Notes: generated by a model from the letters alone, not told the origin. DNA of 64,000 nucleotides from Actinomycetaceae bacterium (GCA_039812645.1 JBDIAV010000004.1:1187-65186); one strand, 5' to 3'. Shown: positions 1 to 9,536, counted from the stretch's first letter. Program-made: numbers and translations.

Positions 1-494
1 GAGCCCGACCGCTGCACCTCAATACACGCGAGCAGAGCCAGCTTCAGCTGCTCCATCCGGCTAAGATCCAGTCCGTAATGCGCGCACAGAGCGGTGACCG
101 TTGCCACCGTCACCGCCGCCGACGAACCGAGACCAAACTTGCGACCAGCGTCGTCCACGAGTTCGCTGGTGATGTTGAGATCAAAGATCTGCAGTAGCTC
201 GCCAAGCTCCACCACGACCTCTTCGACGATCCGCATCGCGGCCAGCACGAAACTAAACGGCGTCTCGTCCGGCTCGATGACCATATCGCTGTCGCGCCGG
301 TACCATTCCAGCTGGCTGCCCGCGTTGAGATCCGAGGTGATGCGCCCGGTGTCGACGGCGTCGCGCACCCGCACTGTCACGTACCGGTCCACCGCGATGA
401 GCACGGCAGGAAAACCAGGTTCGACGACGGCGTACTCTCCGGCGATGTACAGCTTTCCGGGAGCTCTCACTTCGGTAGTCCATGGACGGTTCAT
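1..494 (-). CDS. mvaK2: Phosphomevalonate kinase (5' part; runs off the left edge)
   Basis: Not in the ORF track. Manual translation from ATG at 494 gives MNRPWTTEVRAPGKLYIAGEYAVVEPGFPAVLIAVD...KFGLGSSAAVTVAT (GHMP kinase motifs). ATGA overlap with the mvaD stop. Confidence 0.9.
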   Translation of the reverse strand, partial: MNRPWTTEVRAPGKLYIAGEYAVVEPGFPAVLIAVDRYVTVRVRDAVDTGRITSDLNAGSQLEWYRRDSDMVIEPDETPFSFVLAAMRIVEEVVVELGELLQIFDLNITSELVDDAGRKFGLGSSAAVTVATVTALCAHYGLDLSRMEQLKLALLACIEVQRSG

Positions 495-1657
495 CGAGTC
501 ACCTTCAATCCCGGTCCCGCATGGGTGACGATGGTGCGGAATCCCGGTACTGATCCGTCGAGTCGTTCGCTGAGCCAGACGTTGAGGGCTTCCGCGTGCT
601 CGGTGCTGGTGAGCACCTTGACGTTCGGGCCCGCGTCCATCGTGGCCCAGGCCGGGAATCCGGCAGCGCGGGCGTCCCGGACCGCCCGCAGAGCCGCGTG
701 GCTTGCTTCGCTAAGGTAGTCGACCGAGGGGGTGGAGGCGCGCATGGCGGCGTGCATCCCCAGGGCGTTGGCTTCTGCGGCCTCGCCGAGTCGGGTGAGA
801 TCACGCTCGGCGACGGCGGCCCGTGCCTCGGCCAGATGGTCGGCATGCTGACGAATCCAGGGCTCATACACTGGTGAAGTCTCGATGGTCAGACGCATTG
901 CCTCACGACTGGAAATGGCCTTGGGGCCGGCGTTGAGGACGAGGACGATGAGGGCGAGCTCGTTGGCGAATGCGCCGCCGTTCACTCCAGCTTCCAGCGG
1001 CTCCGCGTAGGAGGATTCGTCATCGTGTCCGGCGTGCCAGATCGCCAGGCCACCGAAAATTGAGCGGGACGCTGATCCAGAGCCGCGCCGAGCCAACCGG
1101 GAGAGTTCCTTCTCGCTGAGATCCAACCCCGCAGCAGCAGCGGCGGCACCTGCGAGCGCTGCAAAACCGGAGGCCGAGCTGGCGAGCCCTGCCGCGGTGG
1201 GGACCGTATTTAGTGAGGTCACCTCGGCAGGAGCGCTGATACCAGCGAGTTCACGGACGATGTCGAGCAGTGCGGAAATGCGTTCCATGGGGCGCCCGGT
1301 CACCGGCTTGCCATCAAGTGTGGCCCGGTCCTGTCGATTAGTGGCTACCACAGCGGCCTTGCCGCCAATAGAGGCGTCTAGCCCCGTCTCATCGCCACTA
1401 AGAAACCGCACCGTGGTTGTCGTGTACAGCTCGTCGAGGGTGAGTGAGAGGCTGGAGGTGCGGGGGATGATAAGTTCGTCGTTTGCCTTGCCCCAGTATT
1501 TGATGAGGGCGATGTTGGCGTGCGCGGTTGCAGTCGCCTCGCCCGGCGAGGTGCTTGTCACCGCACTAGCCACCGCGGATTCACGGAACCCGGCAGCGGG
1601 AGAGGTAGCACTGTCGGTCAATGTGCCCGGTGCGCTATCCGTGGCGGAAACCGTCAC
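491..1657 (-). CDS. mvaD: Diphosphomevalonate decarboxylase
   Basis: HANIALIKYWGK, PTAAGLASSASGFAAL, RRGSGSASRS and TMDAGPNVK motifs. Start refined to GTG 1657 after an AAGGAAG RBS (ORF track starts at 1723). Confidence 0.94.
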   Translation of the reverse strand: MTVSATDSAPGTLTDSATSPAAGFRESAVASAVTSTSPGEATATAHANIALIKYWGKANDELIIPRTSSLSLTLDELYTTTTVRFLSGDETGLDASIGGKAAVVATNRQDRATLDGKPVTGRPMERISALLDIVRELAGISAPAEVTSLNTVPTAAGLASSASGFAALAGAAAAAAGLDLSEKELSRLARRGSGSASRSIFGGLAIWHAGHDDESSYAEPLEAGVNGGAFANELALIVLVLNAGPKAISSREAMRLTIETSPVYEPWIRQHADHLAEARAAVAERDLTRLGEAAEANALGMHAAMRASTPSVDYLSEASHAALRAVRDARAAGFPAWATMDAGPNVKVLTSTEHAEALNVWLSERLDGSVPGFRTIVTHAGPGLKVTR

Positions 1658-1683
1658 GGATACTTCCTTGTCCCCGGCGCCGC

Positions 1684-2655
1684 TCACGCGACCACCTCGC
1701 GAGCAAGCGGCGCGTGTGTCCATGCAGCATGGGCACCGGCGGCAACCATGGCATCCTCAATTCTCCGAGCGTCCTCACCGCTCTGAGCAAGTGCAATAAC
1801 GCATCCGCCTCCACCACCACCGGTGAGCTTCCCGCCGACAGCTCCGGCATCAAGAGCCGCCATGACAAGCGCGTCAAGCTTGGGGATACTCACGCCGAGT
1901 TCCCCGAGTAGGCCATGCGCCTCGGTCATCCTGGCGCCCAAACCCTCGATATCCCGTGTGCGGAGTCCCTCGATCGCCTCCTCGGTGATGGCTCCCAGCC
2001 GGGCCAGCCGTGGCTGGGTGGTCTCGGGAGAGTTCTCGTATAGCGACCGGACGTGTCCAACTGTTTCCCGGGTGCTTCCCTCGATCCCGGAATCGGCGAT
2101 GACGATCCAGGCTGCCAGGTCGAAGTCCAACTTCGTCGTCACCCCAGCCTCGAAGTGGACGGGGAAGTCGGCCGATGTGGTGACAGCGTCGAGTCCAGAC
2201 GGACGGCCATGTGCAATACGCTCGGCCTCTTGGGTGAGCTCGAAGAGCTGTTCAGGAGTGGCCGAAACGCCGTAAGCGTTGAGAATCGCGCGAATAACGG
2301 CACCGGCGGCAGCCGCCGAGGAACCAAGGCCACGCTGCTGCGGAAAATCCGATGCCGTGGTGATGTGGATCGGAGCGTCCGGGTGACCCACGAACTCCAT
2401 TGCCACATCAACGGCCCGCAGGACACTAGCAAAATGAGCGGGAGCCTCCTGCATCGGACCGGACCAGCCGAGGCTCGTGAGAGTGCTCTGGCCGGCTGCG
2501 TCGTCGACCGGTTTAGCGTGTGCAGTCATACGTAGCGAGTGCAACGGCATCGCGATAGCCGGGTATCCGTACACCACGGAATGCTCGCCGAAGAGGATAA
2601 TCTTGGCCGCGGTATGGCCGAGTCCGACATGTGGAGTCACGAAACTCCTTCTCAT
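1684..2655 (-). CDS. mvaK1: Mevalonate kinase
   Basis: KIILFGEHSVVYG, PQQRGLGSSAA, HGRPSGLD and KLTGGGGGGC motifs. ATG 2655 overlaps the upstream TGA (ATGA). Confidence 0.92.
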   Translation of the reverse strand: MRRSFVTPHVGLGHTAAKIILFGEHSVVYGYPAIAMPLHSLRMTAHAKPVDDAAGQSTLTSLGWSGPMQEAPAHFASVLRAVDVAMEFVGHPDAPIHITTASDFPQQRGLGSSAAAAGAVIRAILNAYGVSATPEQLFELTQEAERIAHGRPSGLDAVTTSADFPVHFEAGVTTKLDFDLAAWIVIADSGIEGSTRETVGHVRSLYENSPETTQPRLARLGAITEEAIEGLRTRDIEGLGARMTEAHGLLGELGVSIPKLDALVMAALDAGAVGGKLTGGGGGGCVIALAQSGEDARRIEDAMVAAGAHAAWTHAPLAREVVA

Positions 2656-4004
2656 AGCAGGTTCTGAACGATCCAAGGAGAAGCATATAGCGTCATGAAC
2701 TGCACGCCGTAGCCCACACCCAGCTTATTGAAAGTACCGCAAGCAATACCCACGAGAAGTACGCCGAAGATATTGGCCACGCCAGCATCCAGGTAAGCCA
2801 GCAGCAGGATAAACCCAACGAACAGTCCGAGAACTGCCTCGTGAGGGATGTAGCGCATCACGAAGTAGGTGATCTGGTACGAATACCGGACGGCGATGAT
2901 GTAGGTGGCCACCAGTGCCAGTGCCGCACCGAAAACTACAGCTGTGATGAACTGGCCGGTGCTCAGCATGTGATGCAGGTTGTTCTCAAGGGAAAGGACC
3001 GGCGGAGCATTAAACAATGCCTGGGCGGGGCCGATCGCCACCGGGGACAGGGGGATTCCAATAGCAAGCAGCGGAATGATTGTGCCCGAGAGGTAAGTGG
3101 AGTGTGCGAGCCCGTTCATGGCCGTGATCGACCGGTTGGCTTTGGTGATGCGATCGCCGGTACGACCTTCGGCGGCCTTGCCAAGCAGGAACACCAGTCC
3201 GACTGGGCTGAGGAAGAACAGCGGTGTAGACACCAGGGACCAGACCGCGGTGCGGCCCGCCTCTCCCTTGGTGAGGATCTTGGTAGGGGCAAGGGATTGT
3301 CCGGCCATGTCCTGGCGCGAGATGTCCAGCTTGATGGGCTGGCGGCGAGGCATTGCCTCGCGGCTCTTGCGGTTGAGGAGGCCGAGGATGGACACCAACA
3401 TGGGGCCGATCGTGATACCGAGGAAGAATGACACCGAGATGTTGCCATCCTCAGGGATGACGCCGCGGTCACGGTAGAGCGAGAGCAATCCCTGGAACAG
3501 TAGGGACATGGGGATGATGGCAAGGAGGGACAGCAGCCGGTTCTTGCCGAGCAGCGAGAGAACGATGGCGCCGAAAACGAATAGTAGTGCACCGTACTGG
3601 CGGAGCGTCTCGGCGTAGGGGGTAATCGCGGTGGCGATGAGCAAACTGACCGGGATCGCCACGATGGTGCCGATTGCGCTTCCCGCCGCCATCTTCTTGA
3701 TGGTCTCGGCCGCCCTGCCCTGGCTCTTCAAATAAAGCGCATGTTCCATCATCGGCGTGGACAACACGCCACCTGGAAGCCCGACAAGAGCGGTAGGGAT
3801 TGCATTGGTGAGGTCGAGGGTGACGATCGCCGCGATGAAGAACGTGAGAATAACGATTGGGTGCACACCGGCGAGAACCAAGGCGAGGGTGACCGGCACC
3901 AGCACACTGGTTTCGTCGGTACCGGGAATGAACCCGATGAAGGTGTAGAGCAGGATCGCGGCAATCGCCGCGATCGGCATCTGGAGAAGGAGAGGGATGT
4001 CCAT
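2652..4004 (-). CDS. Tripartite tricarboxylate transporter TctA-like permease
   Basis: 450 aa polytopic membrane protein. N-terminal GFIPG..(E)TSVLVP and G.PGG motifs, with an internally repeated C-terminal half (GTIIPLLAIGIP.SP), typical of the TctA family. Confidence 0.72.
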   Translation of the reverse strand: MDIPLLLQMPIAAIAAILLYTFIGFIPGTDETSVLVPVTLALVLAGVHPIVILTFFIAAIVTLDLTNAIPTALVGLPGGVLSTPMMEHALYLKSQGRAAETIKKMAAGSAIGTIVAIPVSLLIATAITPYAETLRQYGALLFVFGAIVLSLLGKNRLLSLLAIIPMSLLFQGLLSLYRDRGVIPEDGNISVSFFLGITIGPMLVSILGLLNRKSREAMPRRQPIKLDISRQDMAGQSLAPTKILTKGEAGRTAVWSLVSTPLFFLSPVGLVFLLGKAAEGRTGDRITKANRSITAMNGLAHSTYLSGTIIPLLAIGIPLSPVAIGPAQALFNAPPVLSLENNLHHMLSTGQFITAVVFGAALALVATYIIAVRYSYQITYFVMRYIPHEAVLGLFVGFILLLAYLDAGVANIFGVLLVGIACGTFNKLGVGYGVQFMTLYASPWIVQNLL

Positions 4005-4345
4005 CAGTGCGCGGCTCCCGTCACAGCGTCTGTGTCGAGCTGCGATGCGGCCAGCGCCGACTCGGTGAGCCCGTTGGCAGCCCCCTTCGCGTCAACGATT
4101 TGCACCATGCGCTTGGGCGTAAACGCCACTGCACAGATAATAAAACCGACGACGGAGCCACCAAGACCCCAGAAGAACAGACTGGAGGATAGGAGGGTGG
4201 CGATGACTAGGGCTGCGATGGTGGCGCCCCCACAGATGGCGAGCGACAACGTCAGGTCGCGGGGTGATACCAAATCGTTCCATACTTCGATGTATTCTTC
4301 GCTGGAATCGACCTGGTGCGCACCAAGAAATTCGGCTTTGGACAT
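4004..4345 (-). CDS. Small two-TM membrane protein, probable partner of the TctA-like permease
   Basis: Two hydrophobic segments (LTLSLAICGGATIAALVIATLL; FFWGLGGSVVGFIICAVAF). TGATG overlap with the permease start. Start refined to ATG 4345. Confidence 0.7.
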   Translation of the reverse strand: MSKAEFLGAHQVDSSEEYIEVWNDLVSPRDLTLSLAICGGATIAALVIATLLSSSLFFWGLGGSVVGFIICAVAFTPKRMVQIVDAKGAANGLTESALAASQLDTDAVTGAAH

Positions 4346-4615
4346 GGTTACAAAGGGTAATGGTCCAAAGAGAAGTTGACAATGATGCACATGGCCATCT
4401 CGACTCTTGACAAATAATGTACGCCAACGTTAGGAAGCATGATTCAGCAATGCTAGAAGCTCCCGCTTTGCACATGTATGCATGTTGTGCGTAGTGAAGT
4501 CACAATAAAATGTCGTGGACGCCACGGAGTGGCTTGCCGATTGTCTACGCGGTTTTGTCGACCATTTCCGACGACGGCGTCACCACGCTCGGTTCGGAGT
4601 GACTTGCCTGATTGC

Positions 4616-5605
4616 CTACACCGTTTCGTCGACGGATCTCCAGAACTCCGCGCGCAATTCCTGCCGCGCCCAGAGTGGGATGTCGTAGACATCGCACGTA
4701 TTCGAGAGATCAGCAAGGAGAATTCGGTCGATCTCCGGCGGGATCGACGGCCTGTCGCGGGCCAGATCGAAGATATCTTGGTCCGAGGCGGTGCGGTTCC
4801 ACACCGTGTACGTGCGCCGAGCAACCTCTTCGATAGTCTCGTGGGGGATCTCTACCGAGTATGCCTCGGGAATATCCTTGGGATCCCACGTTGACGAGTA
4901 AACGAGCTCGTGTGACGTGATGGGGAACGTAGCTTCCTTACGCGGCGGCAGCGGAACTGGAGTGACCTTTGCACCGGACTGGCGCGGTTTCGCGAGCATC
5001 GCCGGGGTGGGTTTGGAGGGCTTCATCGGAGCCTCGGCCACCCGCTTGGTGATGATGCTCGGTGCTTCCGTCACGGATTCGGTGATGTATTCGGGGTTGA
5101 TAAGAAGGACACCGTCGGCGGCGAGAGTTAGATTTTGGGCGACGGCGAACGGAACCTCGTCATTGTCCGCCTGCGGAACTGCCAGAACCTTCACTCGTAG
5201 GCCCAACTGCTGGGCGTCCTCGACTGCTTCGGTGAGGTCGTCGTCGCCGGAAATAACGTAAGCGAATTCGACGGTATGGTTGACGGCCATGAGAAGGAGA
5301 TCGAGGCCAAGGCGAAGATCAACGCCCTTCTGCTCGCCGTAGGTGTTGATGCGACCCATGCGTAGCTTGACGCCGTTGAGGTTGCCGATGCGGCGTTGGT
5401 CGGAATCTGGCCGACCGTCACGGCCGCCGTCGTACCACAGGACTCGTAGCAGGCTGGCGCCACACTCGGCTTCGGCTTGCTCGAGCAATCGGCCGATGAG
5501 TTTCTCTTCATCAACTTTCACAGCGCCACGATAAGAAGACCCTGATATGCGGGTTGCCAAGGCGGCGTAGAAGTATCCGGCGTCCACGAGCACTGCGTAT
5601 CTCAT
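4616..5605 (-). CDS. NYN (LabA/DUF88, PIN-like) domain protein
   Basis: VLVDAGY, YDG, EQKGVDLRLGLD and SGDDDL acidic motifs, followed by a Pro-rich linker and a small C-terminal helical domain. Confidence 0.87.
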   Translation of the reverse strand: MRYAVLVDAGYFYAALATRISGSSYRGAVKVDEEKLIGRLLEQAEAECGASLLRVLWYDGGRDGRPDSDQRRIGNLNGVKLRMGRINTYGEQKGVDLRLGLDLLLMAVNHTVEFAYVISGDDDLTEAVEDAQQLGLRVKVLAVPQADNDEVPFAVAQNLTLAADGVLLINPEYITESVTEAPSIITKRVAEAPMKPSKPTPAMLAKPRQSGAKVTPVPLPPRKEATFPITSHELVYSSTWDPKDIPEAYSVEIPHETIEEVARRTYTVWNRTASDQDIFDLARDRPSIPPEIDRILLADLSNTCDVYDIPLWARQELRAEFWRSVDETV

Positions 5606-5703
5606 AGTGGTCAAGTCTATTGGCTGAACTTCGCTCGTGCGGGCGCATCGCCGTGACCACGCAAAATCGACGCTGATGGCGAACGGGAGCGCTAGGCTGA
5701 AGT

Positions 5704-6501
5704 ATGCGTATTGCTCACTTCAGTAACGGAGGGGCCGCCCGGTTCGGCCTTGTAACGGACGATTTTCTCGGCATCGAGGTTCTTGCAGGGGACCCGTTGC
5801 ATCATGGAGTCGAGCGAACCGGTGAGGTACTGGCCCGAGAGAGTGTGCGGCTCCTGCCGCCGGTTGCCAATCCGTCAAAGATCATAGGTATCGGGAGAAA
5901 CTACGTGGCTCACGTTGAGGAACTTGGCAACCAGGTACCCGTCGAGCCGATGATCTTCCTCAAACCCACCACCTCGTTGATTGGCCACGGAGAATCGATT
6001 GTGCTGCCACGTTGGTCGGAACACGTGGACCACGAGGCGGAACTTGCCGTGGTTGTCGGTAAGAGGGCAAAGGATGTGCCGGTCGAGGCCGTTGATAGTG
6101 TCATTTTTGGATACACCGCCGCCAATGATGTGTCCGCACGCGATATTCAGAAGCGGGATGTTCAGTGGGCGCGGGCCAAAGGTTTTGACACTGCTTGTCC
6201 GCTCGGGCCGTGGATTGTGACGCCAGGAGAACTTGCGGAGGCAGGGCTTGATATTGAGGATCTGCGTGTGCGTGGCGGTGTCAACGGTGTGACTAAACAA
6301 AACGAGTCCACGGCACTCATGATCAACTCTGTGCGAGAGCTGATCTCCTTCGTCTCCCACGCGTTTACGCTGCTCCCTGGTGACGTCATCCTTACTGGCA
6401 CGCCCGCGGGAGTGAGTCAACTGAGCGACGGCGATGTGGTTGACGTTGAGATCGAAGGAATTGGGAAGCTTTCCAACCCGGTGGTGGGGCCGGTTTTCTA
6501 A
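5704..6501 (+). CDS. Fumarylacetoacetate hydrolase family protein
   Basis: KIIGIGRNY, FLKPTTS, DHEAELAVV, ANDVSARD, AKGFDT and PGDVILTGTP motifs. Leaderless-type start (TAGGCT, 5 nt, ATG). Confidence 0.92.
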   Translation: MRIAHFSNGGAARFGLVTDDFLGIEVLAGDPLHHGVERTGEVLARESVRLLPPVANPSKIIGIGRNYVAHVEELGNQVPVEPMIFLKPTTSLIGHGESIVLPRWSEHVDHEAELAVVVGKRAKDVPVEAVDSVIFGYTAANDVSARDIQKRDVQWARAKGFDTACPLGPWIVTPGELAEAGLDIEDLRVRGGVNGVTKQNESTALMINSVRELISFVSHAFTLLPGDVILTGTPAGVSQLSDGDVVDVEIEGIGKLSNPVVGPVF

Positions 6502-6545
6502 CCCGGTTGCGAAGCGGGTTTCAAACAGGGCTCCCGAGGCTTTAA

Positions 6546-7268
6546 CTATTTATCCCAAGAATCCGGTGAATTCTGTTCAAGATGTAGCTGGATGAGAGGG
6601 ATGATCAGCTCGACGGTTTCTTCACGGGACGCTTCACATAGTGGGGGGAACTGCAGGATATAGCGGGCTACTCCGAGTCCCATGAGTTCTGCGGCGAGAG
6701 TCTGAGTACGCAGTGTGGAGGGGGAGCCGACGGTTTCCTGGAATGCCGGCAGAAGAGCTTTCTCAATGTAGGACGTGGCGACCGCCCGTAGCCGTTCTTT
6801 GTTCTGCGGAGATTCCAGAATTGCTCGAAAAAGCGCTCGTATTGTGGCGGCTGTTGGATCGTCTTCCCACATGGACACGTAGATTTCGGCAATCCGGCGG
6901 CTGGGATCAGCATCTGAGTTCTGCGCTTGGGCGAGTAGTTCGAGAGAGGTCTCAGCTTGCCGTATCACGGCCGCTTCGAAGAGGCCTTCTTTACCGCCAA
7001 AGAAGTGTTTGACGAGTGCCACGTCAACTCCGGCGCGTGAGGTAATCGAGCGTAGCGATGATTTGTCATAGCCGTTTTCAGCAAAGATATCGATTGCTGC
7101 ATCGAGGATCTTTTTCTTCGTCGACTGGTTTCCTGGGCGGCGACCGCCGCGCTTTCCCGATGGTGACCGACGGGAATCATCTGTCGTGTGGGACACCTGC
7201 TCACCCGAAATTTTGGAGGTTGTGGCTCCGTGGAGTTGCGTGTTTCTGGTGATTTGCTCCTCGGCCAT
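6546..7268 (-). CDS. TetR family transcriptional regulator
   Basis: TKKKILDAAIDIFAENGYDKSSLRSITSRAGVDVALVKHFFGGKEGLF HTH. RBS AAAGGAGG upstream of ATG 7268. Confidence 0.9.
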   Translation of the reverse strand: MAEEQITRNTQLHGATTSKISGEQVSHTTDDSRRSPSGKRGGRRPGNQSTKKKILDAAIDIFAENGYDKSSLRSITSRAGVDVALVKHFFGGKEGLFEAAVIRQAETSLELLAQAQNSDADPSRRIAEIYVSMWEDDPTAATIRALFRAILESPQNKERLRAVATSYIEKALLPAFQETVGSPSTLRTQTLAAELMGLGVARYILQFPPLCEASREETVELIIPLIQLHLEQNSPDSWDK

Positions 7269-7345
7269 GACCTTTCCTCCTTTAGCGTCTGTTTTCACGA
7301 CGACGGCGCCTGTGCTGATTGTCATAGCCTACCAGCGATAGTAAA

Positions 7346-7378
7346 TTCAACACCTGTTGAACTCAATGCCTGTTGAGT
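7346..7378. promoter_or_regulatory. Tandem palindromic operator, probably for the adjacent TetR
   Basis: TTCAACACCTGTTGAA followed by ACTCAATGCCTGTTGAGT: two TCAA-N6-TTGA boxes 16 bp apart, between the divergent tetR and permease genes. Confidence 0.65.
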
Positions 7379-7423
7379 TTTATGATCAGGCAATCAGACA
7401 TGGCGACATGAGGAGTGAGAAAG

Positions 7424-8455
7424 ATGTCAGTTGCTGTTGAGAACCGATCGAATGATGGTGGGATCGCTGAGCCTCGCCGGGGGCGAACCCGCGAATGGGT
7501 CAAGGCGAGCATTGTCGGAATGGGTGTTGCCCTAGCCGCATGCGTCATGGTCATGGCATTCCTGTGGCCGATGACAACGGCTGCACCCCACAATATTGAT
7601 ATTGCCGTCTCGGCACCCGAGAAGATGCGTGATGGTATGGCGGACATGCTGCAGTCCGGGGAACAAGACATGTTCACTGTCACCAGTGTGGACACCCGGG
7701 AAGATGCGGTAGCTGCCATCGAGGAGGCTGAGGTGTCGGGCGCCGTCGTCGTTACTCCTGCGGGAATTGAGGTACTGACTGCGAGTGCTGGCGGTCCACA
7801 GACCGCGCAGCTCTTCTCTCAGATGGCTCAGGGAATCCAGGAGAAAATGGCCCAAACTGGCCAAAAGGTCACTGTCACTGTCACGGATATCGTGCCTGGC
7901 GGAACTGCCGCGGGAATGGCGAATTTGACCCTCATTCCGGCCCTTATCGGGGGACTCGCGGGATCAATCGTCGGATTCCTTCTGGTTAAGCGGCCGCTGC
8001 AACGCGCCGCAACGCTTGTTGCGGCTGCACTGACGGCAGGTCTGGCGGGTGCGGCAATACTCGGTCCGTGGTTCGACATCCTGCCCGGAAGCTATGTGCT
8101 TAATGCGGCCGCGCTCGCGGCAGGAACTTTGGCCATTGGTTTCTTCATCACCGGGATGGGAGCCCTATGTGGTAAGGGCGGACTTGGACTTGGTGCCCTC
8201 ACGATCGTGCTCTTCGCGAATCCGTGGGGTGGGTTTATGGTGCCGTCGGAGTTCCTTGTGAGCCCGTGGGGGACTCTCGGGTCTTATATGCCCAACAGTG
8301 CCTTGATCCATCTGCTTCGTTGGACGAATTTCTTCCCGAACGCGGCCACGGGCGACTATTGGTTTATTCTCCTCGCCTGGGCGTTGCTTGGTGCTGCAAT
8401 GCTATGGATTGGCGCTGCCGTTCATCGTAAGAAGGAGCTGCAGCTTGCAGCGTGA
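7424..8455 (+). CDS. ABC-2/YhgE-like membrane protein (one N-terminal TM, extracellular domain, about five C-terminal TMs)
   Basis: Hydropathy pattern, a SREDAVAAIEEAEVSGAVVV extracellular motif and NPWGG..VP.E.L motif. RBS AGGAG before ATG 7424. Confidence 0.72.
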   Translation: MSVAVENRSNDGGIAEPRRGRTREWVKASIVGMGVALAACVMVMAFLWPMTTAAPHNIDIAVSAPEKMRDGMADMLQSGEQDMFTVTSVDTREDAVAAIEEAEVSGAVVVTPAGIEVLTASAGGPQTAQLFSQMAQGIQEKMAQTGQKVTVTVTDIVPGGTAAGMANLTLIPALIGGLAGSIVGFLLVKRPLQRAATLVAAALTAGLAGAAILGPWFDILPGSYVLNAAALAAGTLAIGFFITGMGALCGKGGLGLGALTIVLFANPWGGFMVPSEFLVSPWGTLGSYMPNSALIHLLRWTNFFPNAATGDYWFILLAWALLGAAMLWIGAAVHRKKELQLAA

Positions 8456-8490
8456 GGGCTGTGGCGTAAGGCCAGTGGGGTAGGAACGAA

Positions 8491-8522
8491 CGGGGCCAAG
8501 CTCTTGTCACAGCTTGGCCCCG
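8491..8522. terminator. Hairpin between convergent genes
   Basis: CGGGGCCAAGCT-N8-AGCTTGGCCCCG, perfect 12-bp stem. Confidence 0.7.
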
Positions 8523-8538
8523 CAGTAGCTGGATGTTC

Positions 8539-9375
8539 TTAGCCCAGGAGTCCGAGATGCTCGAACGCCTGGTAGAGTCCGTCATCTTCGACGTCTGCGG
8601 TCACATAATCTGCGATCTCCTTGACGTCATCGGAGGCATTACCCATCGCGATTCCGACCGCGCAGTACTCGAGCATTGGGATGTCGACGGCGGCGTCACC
8701 GGCGGCAACCGTGTCAGTTTGGGATGCGCCAAGGTGGGCAAGAAGCACGTCCACCGCGTGCGCCTTGTCGATGTTTGCAACTCCGAGGTCTCCAAACAGG
8801 GCCAGTGCACCTCGTCCGCCCCAGGTGCCCGCCTTCAACTGGGAGAAAGCTTCCTTGGCGTCGAGGAAGTCCTGGTAGTCGCGGAGGATGAAGCTGATCT
8901 TGTTGACATCGTCGCGATATAGATTGGCGCGATAGATCATCTCGGGGAACACGTTATCCACGGTCACGGAGGAGGCGTCGGCGCGTCCCTTGCCCGCAAT
9001 GTAGGCCCGTGTGGCGGGCAAGGCGGCCTCTCGGAAGTCTGAACTTCCGAATAACCCCGAGTTGGCTTCGAGGTAGAAGGCGAGGCCTCGTTCGTTCAGC
9101 CAATCCACGATGGCTGTGCATTCGTCGAGTGTCAAGGTCTGATGCATGACCACCTCGCCCTGATCTTCAACGTACGAGCCGTTGCCGCCGATCATTCCAT
9201 CAATGCCGATGTCCCACAGCTCTTGGTACATCTCGGCGCGGCTGCGCCCGGTGGTCAGGTAGACGCGGTGTCCAGCCTTTCGGGCGAGCTGGATGGCCTG
9301 GACCGCAGATTCCGGTAGCTGATTTCTGTAATCCACGAGTGTTCCGTCGACGTCAAGGAAGATGATGCGTGGCAT
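8539..9375 (-). CDS. Cof-type HAD-IIB sugar phosphatase
   Basis: IIFLDVDGTL, TTGR, GGNGSY, IDKAHA and AGDAAVDIPML motifs. Confidence 0.92.
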   Translation of the reverse strand: MPRIIFLDVDGTLVDYRNQLPESAVQAIQLARKAGHRVYLTTGRSRAEMYQELWDIGIDGMIGGNGSYVEDQGEVVMHQTLTLDECTAIVDWLNERGLAFYLEANSGLFGSSDFREAALPATRAYIAGKGRADASSVTVDNVFPEMIYRANLYRDDVNKISFILRDYQDFLDAKEAFSQLKAGTWGGRGALALFGDLGVANIDKAHAVDVLLAHLGASQTDTVAAGDAAVDIPMLEYCAVGIAMGNASDDVKEIADYVTADVEDDGLYQAFEHLGLLG

Positions 9376-9536
9376 GTGATGTGCTTTCTCTCATGTGTAT
9401 ACGTGGCGTGAGGAGAACTCGCTGACAACTAGGTACTTTACCACCCAATGCGTACGTTCGTACATATGGGGTGGTGGGTAGTGAGTTCCTTTGGCTGATG
9501 GGCGGAAAGTTCCTTCGGTAATACCCAAAAACGACG

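Noticed and set aside
4376-4422. Two TTGACAA direct repeats upstream of the mevalonate operon
   Set aside because: They point away from the operon, have no convincing -10 at proper spacing and are too short to support an operator call.
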